Origin: an uncultured Gemmatimonadales bacterium
GTDB lineage: Bacteria; Gemmatimonadota; Gemmatimonadetes; Gemmatimonadales; GWC2-71-9
Reading direction: 5' to 3'
Assembly: GCA_963796635.1 (NCBI GenBank)
Contig: CAWCMH010000001.1
Location: 1,045,769-1,109,768, forward strand
DNA length: 64,000 nucleotides
Shown here: in pieces, positions 30,293-38,148 of the stretch
Layout: each line of letters opens with the position of its first letter
How positions within the stretch are numbered: position 1 is the first letter of the stretch
Notes under the pieces: generated by a model
Databases searched by the model: none
Told to the model about the DNA's origin: nothing
Seen by the model: only the letters and a program-made list of their open reading frames with translations
Position numbers and translations under genes: made by a program

Positions 30293-32452
30293 TCAGTGGG
30301 TGGCCCGCTGCTCCAGCGCGTCGATGTGCCACCCCGCCGGGTCGTGCAACAACGCGGCCCGGAAGGCGATCTGGCTCGATGGACTGTTGCCGCCACGCTG
30401 AGTCAGCACCAAGGCTAGCGTGAACGTCGCGGTCGCGCTGCCGCCCCCGGGTGACGACGTGATGGTGATGTCACCCACCTGCCGCACGCCGAGCGATTCG
30501 ACACCGTCGTGCCCGACCAGGTTGAATTGCGATTGCCATTCGCTGGCGCGGTCACCCGTGAGTCCAGGGTAGATAGCGCGCATCTGGTCGACGCTGCGCG
30601 CGCGGATCGCCGCGATGTACGACACCACCGTTGCGCGAACTTCGGCGCTGATCTGCGCCGGCGATGGGGGCGGTGGCGCGAGCGGGGGCACGACGATCGG
30701 CGACAGTTGGGTCGCCACCGGTTGACTGGACGTGAGTGCGGGAGCGGGTGGCGGGCTCGCCGCCGTGGTCGTTCCGCCCGGGATGGGCTGCGGGATGGAC
30801 TGTGGCCGCGACGCCGTGTCGCGCGCCGCGGAATCCGCGGCGCGTTTGCGGGTCGCACTGCGCGCACGCATCGATGAGTCGACCGTGGCGTGCGTCGCGG
30901 ACTTGAGCGGTCCATTCGCCGTCGAGCTGGCTGCAGCGGGCGGGAGCGCGGGAGGAGCGACCGGGACCGGGGCGTGGCTGGAGCCGGTGTCGCGGTGGGC
31001 CGCCGTATCTGGCGCCAGCGCGGCAGGACGTGCGGGCGCACGCTGGTGCATGACCACCCAGCCGATCGCGCCGGCCAGGAGCACGCCGGCGACGCTGGCC
31101 GGAACCGCCCATCGCGGGGTTCGCCGGCCCGCCCCGGCAGGAAGTACCGTCATCGGGAGCGATGCGAGCACCCCTTCGCACATCGCGGTGATATTGACCC
31201 GGCCGGGGGCGCGGGCCGTCACCATGCCGTTGGCGGTGACCGCGGCGACGGTGTCGTCGCTGGAGCTCCACGACACCGACCGTCCTGCCAGCGTGGCACC
31301 GGCGTCACTCCGCACCATGCTGGACAATGCGAAACGATCCCCCGCGGCGATGACATCCGGGGCACCGCTGATGCTCAGTTGCCCGACGCGCGGCCCTCCG
31401 AGTGGAAGCGGACTCACCGGCGCGCGAATTGCCGCCGCCTGGCGCGTCGACGGATCGGGCACGGCCAATCGGCCGAGCACGGCGCGCACCGGATCGCCTT
31501 CACCGATGGGCTGCGCCCCCAGCGCATCGAGTGCATCGCGCATGCTGTCGTATCGGTGGGCCGGATCCTTCGCAAGCATCTGCAGCACTGCCGCCTCGAG
31601 CGCGGGCGGACAATCGTCGCGCCGGGCGAGGATCGGTGGCGGCGGCGTCATCGTGTGCGCCTGCATCACGGCAAACGAGTTGCCGGTGAACGGCACGCTG
31701 CCGGTCAGGAGCTGGTACGCGACAATGCCGAGCGAATACAGGTCGGATGACCACGTCAGCGCGCTGCCGACGCATTGCTCCGGGCTCATGTACGCCGGGG
31801 TACCCACCATCGTCCCGGTCTGCGTAACGCCATCCGATTCGATCAACTTCGCGATGCCGAAGTCGGTGACGATGGCATTGCCGTCAGCGTCCATCAGGAT
31901 GTTCGCGGGCTTGATGTCCCGGTGAATCACGCCGCGCCGATGCGCGTAGGCCAAACCGCTGCCGACATGAAACAGGATCGCCCGGATCGCGTCGATCGGC
32001 ACCGTGCCGTGCGCGGCGAGTATGCCTTCGAGCGATCGTCCTTCGATGAACTTCATCACCAGGAAGTGGAGGTCTTCGATCTGTCGCACGCCGTGGACAG
32101 TGATGATGTTGGGGTGACTGAGATTCGCCACCGTCACGGCTTCCTGGCGAAACCGGTCGACCATGCCCGGGCCGAGGAAGAGCCCCGGGGCCATCACCTT
32201 GATGGCGACCAGCCGGTTCAGGGCGATCTCGTGGGCCAGGTAGACCGCGGCCATCCCGCCGCGGCCCAGTTCGCGCGTGACCTCGAATTCGCCAAGGGTC
32301 GCCGCCTTGAGCTGCGACACGATGCTCGCCCACGGCGACTCGTCGATGCCGCCGACCGCCACGGGCTGGCCGCACGACGAACAAAAGCGCTCGTCGGCAT
32401 GCAGCGGTGTCTGACAATGCGAACAGGCGGGCGGAGTGGTCGTCTCGGGCAC
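30293..32452 (-). CDS. Hanks-type Ser/Thr protein kinase: zinc ribbon, kinase, Big_2-like domain, TM, Pro-rich linker, NTF2-like C-terminal domain
   Basis: CSHCQTPLHADERFCSSCG; GRGGMAAVYLA..VAIKVM; HRDIKPANIL; DFGIAK; GTPAYMSPE. Then ..SSSDDTVAAVTANGMVTARAPGRVNITA and TM WAVPASVAGVLLAGAIGWVV. The start is uncertain: GTG 32452 was chosen, an in-frame ATG at 32590 would overlap the divergent gene, and the ORF itself runs to 32746. Confidence 0.85.
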   Translation of the reverse strand: MPETTTPPACSHCQTPLHADERFCSSCGQPVAVGGIDESPWASIVSQLKAATLGEFEVTRELGRGGMAAVYLAHEIALNRLVAIKVMAPGLFLGPGMVDRFRQEAVTVANLSHPNIITVHGVRQIEDLHFLVMKFIEGRSLEGILAAHGTVPIDAIRAILFHVGSGLAYAHRRGVIHRDIKPANILMDADGNAIVTDFGIAKLIESDGVTQTGTMVGTPAYMSPEQCVGSALTWSSDLYSLGIVAYQLLTGSVPFTGNSFAVMQAHTMTPPPPILARRDDCPPALEAAVLQMLAKDPAHRYDSMRDALDALGAQPIGEGDPVRAVLGRLAVPDPSTRQAAAIRAPVSPLPLGGPRVGQLSISGAPDVIAAGDRFALSSMVRSDAGATLAGRSVSWSSSDDTVAAVTANGMVTARAPGRVNITAMCEGVLASLPMTVLPAGAGRRTPRWAVPASVAGVLLAGAIGWVVMHQRAPARPAALAPDTAAHRDTGSSHAPVPVAPPALPPAAASSTANGPLKSATHATVDSSMRARSATRKRAADSAARDTASRPQSIPQPIPGGTTTAASPPPAPALTSSQPVATQLSPIVVPPLAPPPPSPAQISAEVRATVVSYIAAIRARSVDQMRAIYPGLTGDRASEWQSQFNLVGHDGVESLGVRQVGDITITSSPGGGSATATFTLALVLTQRGGNSPSSQIAFRAALLHDPAGWHIDALEQRATH

Positions 32453-32486
32453 GATGTCGCGGGGAAGAGGCAGCCGGATAGACGGC

Positions 32487-32511
32487 GTGTAACGTGAGGT
32501 GTAACTTGAGG
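32487..32511. promoter_or_regulatory. Adjacent tandem direct repeat GTGTAAC(G/T)TGAG x2 in the divergent kinase / Sel1-protein intergenic region
   Basis: gtgtaacgtgagg (32487-32499) is immediately followed by gtgtaacttgagg (32499-32511). It is relatively AT-rich within a GC-rich 112-bp divergent spacer. Confidence 0.4.
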
Positions 32512-32564
32512 ATGCCCAGGTAAATCCGCAAGCAATTTCGTGGCTCGACTCCCGGAGGTTTCCG

Positions 32565-34286
32565 ATGCTGCGTGACAACGGCACCGCCATGCTGAATGTG
32601 GTGCCCAACCCGGCGGTGTCGGCTGACGAAGCGTTTCTCCGCGCCGTGCAGCAGGCGGCGGCGGCCGACTTTACGGTCCTCGGCGAGATCGGACGCGGCC
32701 CGGACGGCGTCATCATGTATCTGGCCCGCGACACCCAGAGCAACATGCTCGTCGCGCTGCGGCTGCAGCGCGAGGGCCATCAGGCCAACGAGTTCACCCT
32801 CGAGCTCGCTCGGCAGCTTGACAACTCGATGCCGGCTCCCGAGAGCAAGTGCTTCAAATGCAGCCACGCCATCCGCGGCTGGGCGCGCTTCTGCAGCTAC
32901 TGCGGTGCCGACCTTTCCGGGGCGGCCGCATCCGGCACCGCGGGCGAAAGCGACGCGATGCTCGCCGCGGTCAAGGAGGCCGTGGCCGGTGATTACGAGG
33001 TCCTGGGGCAGATGTCGCGCAGTGAAGGCGGCGGGGCCGTGTATTTCGCTCGCGACCGGCACACCAAGCGGATCGTGGCGCTCCGGCTGCAGCGCGATGG
33101 CGAGGGCGAGGAATTTTCCGTTGGACTGACCTCTGCGCTGAAGCCGCTGGCGGCGTCGCTCGGCGTGAAGCCGGTGGCGACGCAGTTGCTGTCATCGGTA
33201 GGCGCGCCGCCGCCAGTCGCACCACCGGTCAGCCCGCCGGCCCTGAGCGCGCCGCCTCCCATTCCCGGCCCACCACCTGTGCCACCACCCCGGCCGGCGC
33301 GGCGTGGCATCGGCACGATGACGCGCCGTTCGAAGCTGTTGGTGGCAGTGGGCGTGGGCGCGCTCCTGATCTTGATCATCGTGATCGCGACGTTGCCATC
33401 ATCGGGCGCACCCGCTGCATTGGCTGCGGCGCCCGTCGATTCGACGCCCGCCGCACCACCGCCATCCGCGCCGGCGGAGACGCCGCCTCCGCCACCGAGC
33501 GCGGCTGAGGCACCGGCCGTCGCGACACCGGCGCCGGTCGCCGCCGTGCCACGCGTCGCCACGGTGCTCGTCCATGGACTCCCCGCCGATGCGAGCGTGA
33601 GTGTGGACGGAGAACCCCACAGCGGACGCCGCGTCGTGCTGCGCCCGGGGGTGCATCTGTTCGCGGTGCGAGTGGTCGGATATCTGCCCCGGGAGGACAC
33701 GCTCGAGCTGCGCCCGGGCGAGACACGCGAGTGGTCGCCGACGCTCAGCGCCGATCCGTCGCGAATCGTGGCGCATGCTGCGCCGCCACCACCGCCCGCA
33801 GCTCACACCGACGCCGCGGCGCGCACCACCGCGAACGCCGCCGCGTGTGATCAGGACGTCAACAGCAAGATGTGGACACAGGCGGCCGAGGTATGCACCG
33901 CCGCTGCCGTGAACGGCAATGCCGGGGCGCAACGCAACCTCGCGTCGCTGTACGACCACGGGCATGGCGTGCACGGCAGTGACGACGATGCCGCGCGCTG
34001 GTACAGCAAGGCGGCCAGCGGCGGCGATCGCGAAGCGATGTACCAGGTCGCCATGGAGTACGAGCACGGCCACGGCGTCAAGAAGGACGAGTCAAGTGCG
34101 GCGCAGTGGTACGCCCGCGCCGCCGATGCGGGGCATCCGTTGGCACAGTACGCCCTCGGCGAGGCCTACGAGAAGGGTCATCTCGGGCTGCACAAGGACA
34201 AGGCGAAGGCGCTGGAGTGGTACCGCAAGGCTGCCGCGCAGGGCAACAAGGACGCGGCAGACAAGGTTCACGACTTGTCCCGGTAG
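32565..34286 (+). CDS. Module copy A, gene 1: cytoplasmic 2x degenerate kinase-N-lobe-like segments flanking a zinc ribbon, then TM, then periplasmic PEGA and 4 Sel1 repeats
   Basis: ATG 32565 after ggagg. DFTVLGEIGRGPDGVIMYLARDTQSNMLVALRLQREG and DYEVLGQMSRSEGGGAVYFARDRHTKRIVALRLQRDG flank KCFKCSHAIRGWARFCSYCG. TM is LLVAVGVGALLILIIVIATL; PEGA-like is VLVHGLPADASVSVDGE..GVHLFAVRVVGY. Sel1 repeats include AQRNLASLYDHGHGV, AMYQVAMEYEHGHGVKKD and AQYALGEAYEKGHLG. Confidence 0.7.
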   Translation: MLRDNGTAMLNVVPNPAVSADEAFLRAVQQAAAADFTVLGEIGRGPDGVIMYLARDTQSNMLVALRLQREGHQANEFTLELARQLDNSMPAPESKCFKCSHAIRGWARFCSYCGADLSGAAASGTAGESDAMLAAVKEAVAGDYEVLGQMSRSEGGGAVYFARDRHTKRIVALRLQRDGEGEEFSVGLTSALKPLAASLGVKPVATQLLSSVGAPPPVAPPVSPPALSAPPPIPGPPPVPPPRPARRGIGTMTRRSKLLVAVGVGALLILIIVIATLPSSGAPAALAAAPVDSTPAAPPPSAPAETPPPPPSAAEAPAVATPAPVAAVPRVATVLVHGLPADASVSVDGEPHSGRRVVLRPGVHLFAVRVVGYLPREDTLELRPGETREWSPTLSADPSRIVAHAAPPPPPAAHTDAAARTTANAAACDQDVNSKMWTQAAEVCTAAAVNGNAGAQRNLASLYDHGHGVHGSDDDAARWYSKAASGGDREAMYQVAMEYEHGHGVKKDESSAAQWYARAADAGHPLAQYALGEAYEKGHLGLHKDKAKALEWYRKAAAQGNKDAADKVHDLSR

Positions 34287-34300
34287 CGGCCGGCAGCGCG

Positions 34301-35401
34301 ATGCCTTCCTATCTCGTCGAACTCACCACGCCGAACGGGCCGGAGCGCATCCCGTTCACGATCGACCATGACCGCCCGCTCGGTCCGCAGATCACCCAGA
34401 TCATCGAAGAGCTCCGGCAGCGCAACATCGTGCTGCAGGGCGGCCGTGACGACGAACTCGGCGTGTACTGGATGGGCCGGGACCTCGACATGCTACAGGT
34501 CCCGGCGGCGCTCGGCATTAACCCGGGGCGCCCGATCGAACTCCGCATGCGCGTTCGCACCGCGCCCAGGGTCGAAGACACCTCGCTTCCGTGGGGCGTC
34601 AGCGCCGCTGCGATCCTCGGTTACCTCGCCGGGGCGGTTGCGTGGGTGATGATCACGATGCTCTGGATTCCGGGCCGTGTCACGACTGCGTACAACCATC
34701 TGGACCAGGTCACCATGGCACTGGTCGGAGCGGTGGTCGGTGCGTTCACGCTCGGAGGCGCCGCCCTTCGTTCGCGGGGCGTGGTAGCGCTGGGCCTGGT
34801 TGCGGGGGCGTTGCTGGGCGGTCTTGGATCGGGCCTTGGCGCGACCGCGGCGCTGCAAATCGTTGGCGGGACGTCGGTCCGGGGATTCGTCATCGCTCGC
34901 GCGCTCGGATGGGCGCTGGCCGCCGGCACGTGCGCGGTACTCCTGGCGTGCTATCAACTACCGATCACGCTGCGGCGCGTGCTCGAGAGCGCGGTGATCG
35001 GCCTGATCGGCGGCGCGACGAGTGGCGTCATCTTCGCGTTGCCCGGTCCCTCCGATATTTGGCAGGGTGTCGCATGCGCCGTGTTTGGCGTCGCGGTCGG
35101 CGTCGCGGTGGCAGGCCCGTCGCTCTGGGGTGCAGTCGCAGTGGTCGAGCAGCAGCCAGTCGGTCGTCTGGTGCCGGGCATGCTGGGGCTTCGGGAGTGG
35201 GCGATACACGACGACGCATCAATCGACGTCGACGCCGTCACACTCGGGTGTCAAGCGCGTCGCGTCGCCGTGTATCCGCCGCCCGAGGGCGCCTCGTTGG
35301 ATGGGCGCGAACTCCGGCAACCGGCGTTCGTCGACCACACCGCCGTCATTGACGTCTCGGGTCGCTGCTACCACGTGCGACGGCTGTCGAGGGAACCGTG
35401 A
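34301..35401 (+). CDS. Module copy A, gene 2: soluble N-terminal domain (beta-grasp-like?), polytopic Gly/Ala-rich TM region, FHA-like C-terminal domain
   Basis: ATG 34301. MPSYLVELTTPNGPERIPFTIDHDRPLGPQITQIIEELRQ..PIELRMRV, then about 6-7 hydrophobic helices, then ..LREWAIHDDASIDVDAVTLGCQARRVAVYPPPEGASLDGRELRQPAFVDHTAVIDVSGRCYHVRRL. Paralog of 57516-58343. Confidence 0.55.
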   Translation: MPSYLVELTTPNGPERIPFTIDHDRPLGPQITQIIEELRQRNIVLQGGRDDELGVYWMGRDLDMLQVPAALGINPGRPIELRMRVRTAPRVEDTSLPWGVSAAAILGYLAGAVAWVMITMLWIPGRVTTAYNHLDQVTMALVGAVVGAFTLGGAALRSRGVVALGLVAGALLGGLGSGLGATAALQIVGGTSVRGFVIARALGWALAAGTCAVLLACYQLPITLRRVLESAVIGLIGGATSGVIFALPGPSDIWQGVACAVFGVAVGVAVAGPSLWGAVAVVEQQPVGRLVPGMLGLREWAIHDDASIDVDAVTLGCQARRVAVYPPPEGASLDGRELRQPAFVDHTAVIDVSGRCYHVRRLSREP

Positions 35402-36750
35402 GCCGGGCAGGCCTGCTGCTGTGCGCAACGTTGATGGCGGCGCGGGCGGCAGCGCAAGGGCCAGACAGCGCCGTGCCGCTGCGCCTGGTTCGCTGCGCGG
35501 CCAAAGCCGATGTGCCGTGTCTCGAGGCGCGCGTTCCGCTCGATGCGCCCAGCCTCGCGCTAATCGCCAAGCTCGATTCAACCACCGAGGCGCACGCGTG
35601 GGTCGGCGACCTGGCAGGCCGCATGCTGGTAGGCCCCGCGGTTGCGACGGCGCGCAGTGTGGTGCCGCCATTGCGCCTCCTGATCCTGCTCGATCGCAGC
35701 GGCAGCATGATCGGCGAGGGGATCGCCTACACCCGCAGCACACTACGCGAGTTTGTCGAAGGCCTCGACAGCGCCAGCGTACGCGTGGCCGTTGCGGGCT
35801 TCGAGAGTCATGCCGTTGCCGACGGGATTGCGGCGGCCGAGTTCGTCACGCCCCACGCGGCGGCCGAGGCGCTGGCGGCGTTGCCCAAACCGGATCCGCG
35901 CGCCAACACCGCGTTGTACAGCGCCCTCGTGGACGGCAGCACCCGGGTGGCGCATGCGACGGCGCAGGCGCCCGGGACGCAGGGCGCGATTCTGCTGGTC
36001 ACCGACGGTCGCAACGATGTCGGCCACGCCGGCGACGATCCTGGACTGCTGACCGGCGCCGCCGGTCTCACGGCGGCCGTGCAGGCAGCCGCCACGGCGC
36101 ATCAACGGGTGTGGATCATGGGCGTGGGCGCCGATGTCGCCGCCGACACGCTCGCGCTGCTGGTCGGCGATCACGGCAGCGCCACCGTCGCGAGCCTCAA
36201 TCCCAACGTGATGGCCGAGCGCCTGCAACAGGTGTCGCGCGAGTTGCGCGGCGCGCGCGACCTGCTGTTCGGGATGCCGACCGGTGGCGAAGTGACGCTG
36301 GCGCGGACCGCATGGCGCGGGAGCGCGGCGGTGTGGGTCGGCAATCACGCGGTCCTGAGCCGCACGTTGACATGGCGGCCGCCGTTGTTCGCGCTGCCCG
36401 CGTATCGTGGCGTCGCGAATGCCGCCGAGCTGACGCCCGCGTTGAGTGCGGCATTGACGGCGGGCCCCGGCACCAACGTCCGGCTGTTGTTCGCGTTGTT
36501 TCTCGGGCTGGTCGGGGCGGCATTGTGGATCCTGGTGCCGCGACTGCTCTGGATCCGGGCTGCGGCGCCGATTGCGCCGGAGATTGCGTCGGCACCGCGG
36601 GTTGCGCCGACCCCGGCCGCACCAGAGGCTGCGCCCGCTCCGGCGGCCGACTCCGCGGGCGGGCTCCGCACCGATGTCACCGAAGTGGCACCGCGCACCG
36701 CCGCCGATGTGACCAACCAGACTGCCCGCCGAACCGCGCCGGCTCGCTAG
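35398..36750 (+). CDS. Module copy A, gene 3: secreted von Willebrand A domain protein with an intact MIDAS, a C-terminal TM and a short conserved cytoplasmic tail
   Basis: GTG 35398 (GTGA overlap). Signal peptide LLLCATLMAARAAAQG. MIDAS LLILLDRSGSMIGEG, NTALYSAL, ILLVTDGRND. TM is LLFALFLGLVGAALWILV and the tail ends ..DVTNQTARRTAPAR. Paralog of 58343-59671. Confidence 0.75.
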   Translation: MSRAGLLLCATLMAARAAAQGPDSAVPLRLVRCAAKADVPCLEARVPLDAPSLALIAKLDSTTEAHAWVGDLAGRMLVGPAVATARSVVPPLRLLILLDRSGSMIGEGIAYTRSTLREFVEGLDSASVRVAVAGFESHAVADGIAAAEFVTPHAAAEALAALPKPDPRANTALYSALVDGSTRVAHATAQAPGTQGAILLVTDGRNDVGHAGDDPGLLTGAAGLTAAVQAAATAHQRVWIMGVGADVAADTLALLVGDHGSATVASLNPNVMAERLQQVSRELRGARDLLFGMPTGGEVTLARTAWRGSAAVWVGNHAVLSRTLTWRPPLFALPAYRGVANAAELTPALSAALTAGPGTNVRLLFALFLGLVGAALWILVPRLLWIRAAAPIAPEIASAPRVAPTPAAPEAAPAPAADSAGGLRTDVTEVAPRTAADVTNQTARRTAPAR

Positions 36751-37073
36751 CCTTTCTTCCACTCGCGCGCGTCGCGATCGGGAAAACTGATCCGGCAGTT
36801 GCCCGGGTCAATGCCTTCGACGCGTACCTTGCCCAGGTTGTCGAGCAGTCCGCCGATGATGCTTCCGTCGGGCAATGTCAATTCGAAGCGCTCGTTCGGC
36901 AGCGGCTGGCCATCGGGCGTTTTCAGTTGAATACCGATCCAGTCCTGCCGGGTCGGATCGGCGGTGACCACGGGCGACGGACCCGGTGGTGTGCTGGTTG
37001 CCGGCGTGGTGCCCGCGGGTTGACACGGCGTGCAACCGCCCATGGCGTCGGCCTGATCGCTCGACACGTTCAT
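36747..37073 (-). CDS. Hypothetical 108-aa protein translationally coupled to the DUF4123 gene (Pro/Thr-rich linker plus small beta domain)
   Basis: The ATG at 37073 overlaps the DUF4123 stop (ATGA). MNVSSDQADAMGGCTPC..PPGPSPVV..WIGIQLKTPDGQPLPNERFELTLPDGSIIGGLLDNLGKVRVEGIDPGNCRISFPD. The stop shares the CTAG at 36747-36750 with the convergent vWA gene. Confidence 0.5.
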   Translation of the reverse strand: MNVSSDQADAMGGCTPCQPAGTTPATSTPPGPSPVVTADPTRQDWIGIQLKTPDGQPLPNERFELTLPDGSIIGGLLDNLGKVRVEGIDPGNCRISFPDRDAREWKKG

Positions 37074-37624
37074 CGGACCGCCTTGCGATACCGGACGCGC
37101 GGTGCGGGTCCGCCTGCGGTCCCAAAATGCGCCGGGCGCGCCAGTCGTACGCCGTACGTCGCGGCGTCGACCCAACCGATTGCGTCGGCGGGACCGAAGA
37201 TGTCGGCGAGTTGCGGTGCGTCGCAGGTCGTCAGGAACTTTGCCATCACGCGCGGATCGTAGAACCGGAAATACCACGGCTCGCCGGTGGGGCCATCGAC
37301 CAGCAGGAAGCGTCGCAGGTGCGTGCGCAGCGCGGCGATGCCGACATTCGTGACGATGAAGATGCCCCACGGTTCGGTCCACATCGCCTGCGTAAGCCAG
37401 TCGACCAGCGCGGCATCGGCCCGGGCCAGATACGGCGCGACGGCCCACAACCGCTCCTGGGACTCGCCCTGATACAAGGGCAGCGCGTCGTCCCCGAGCT
37501 CCCGAACCTTGGCCGGCACACGCGGCTCGTCGCACGCGTCGAGCACGACATGAAGTTCGCCGCGTTCGGCGTGCGCGCGGATCGCGGCGACGCCGGTGTC
37601 CTCGTAGCGAATCAGGTCGGGCAT
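37070..37624 (-). CDS. DUF4123-family T6SS effector adaptor/chaperone (Tap/Tec-like)
   Basis: ATG at 37624. ..LHVVLDACDEPRV..LPLYQGESQERLWAVAPYLARAD..PWGIFIVTNVGIAALRTHLRRFLLVDGPTGEPWYFRFYDPRVMAKFL matches the DUF4123 pattern (aPyLv..., HLR..l.v....g....fRfyDPRvl). Confidence 0.8.
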   Translation of the reverse strand: MPDLIRYEDTGVAAIRAHAERGELHVVLDACDEPRVPAKVRELGDDALPLYQGESQERLWAVAPYLARADAALVDWLTQAMWTEPWGIFIVTNVGIAALRTHLRRFLLVDGPTGEPWYFRFYDPRVMAKFLTTCDAPQLADIFGPADAIGWVDAATYGVRLARPAHFGTAGGPAPRVRYRKAVR

Positions 37625-37700
37625 GGAACTAATCTCCGCAGCGGGGGGAGCCAATGCAACAGGTCTGGACAGCCCTTCGTCCGGGGGCGAGATTCGGATC

Positions 37701-38099
37701 ATGTTTGCTCCCATCGCGCGCGTCGGCGACATGCACATCTGCCCGATGCAGACCCCGGCCGTGGTGCCGATTCCCCACGTCGGTGGCCCGGTACTGCCGC
37801 CCGGCGCGCCGACCGTCATGGCCGGGGGTTTCCCCGTCGCCGTCGTCGGCGGCATGGCCGTGTGCGTGGGACCACCTGACGTGCTGGTCGTGGGGGCGTT
37901 CACCGTGCTCGCCGAAGGACGTCCGGTGGTGCGTGCCATGGATACGACGGCCCACGGCGGCATGGTGCCGGCGGGTTTCCCGACCGTGATGGTGGGCGAC
38001 TCTGGCGGCGCGGGCAGTCCGCAAGGGGCCACGATGAGCGCCGCGAAGGCGGGCGGATCGGCATTCACTCGCGCCGATTGCGACACGGCAGGGACGTGA
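37701..38099 (+). CDS. PAAR-domain spike-tip protein
   Basis: ATG 37701; the ORF opens at 37623, but the PAAR core starts here. MFAPIARVGDMHICP..HVGGPVLPPGAPTVMAGGFPVAVVGGMAVCVGPPDVLVVGAFTVLAEGRPVVRAMDTTAHGGMV..PTVMVG. Confidence 0.8.
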   Translation: MFAPIARVGDMHICPMQTPAVVPIPHVGGPVLPPGAPTVMAGGFPVAVVGGMAVCVGPPDVLVVGAFTVLAEGRPVVRAMDTTAHGGMVPAGFPTVMVGDSGGAGSPQGATMSAAKAGGSAFTRADCDTAGT

Positions 38100-38148
38100 C
38101 GCAACGGGGCGTGCGTCACGAAGGGACCGCCGGCGCCGCGCCGCCACC

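Noticed and set aside
35022-37262. 746-aa plus-strand ORF spanning the vWA gene and the DUF4123 region in another frame
   Set aside because: The translation is extremely Arg/Gly/Ala-rich. It overlaps well-supported genes on both strands (vWA with MIDAS, DUF4123), so it is an out-of-frame artefact.
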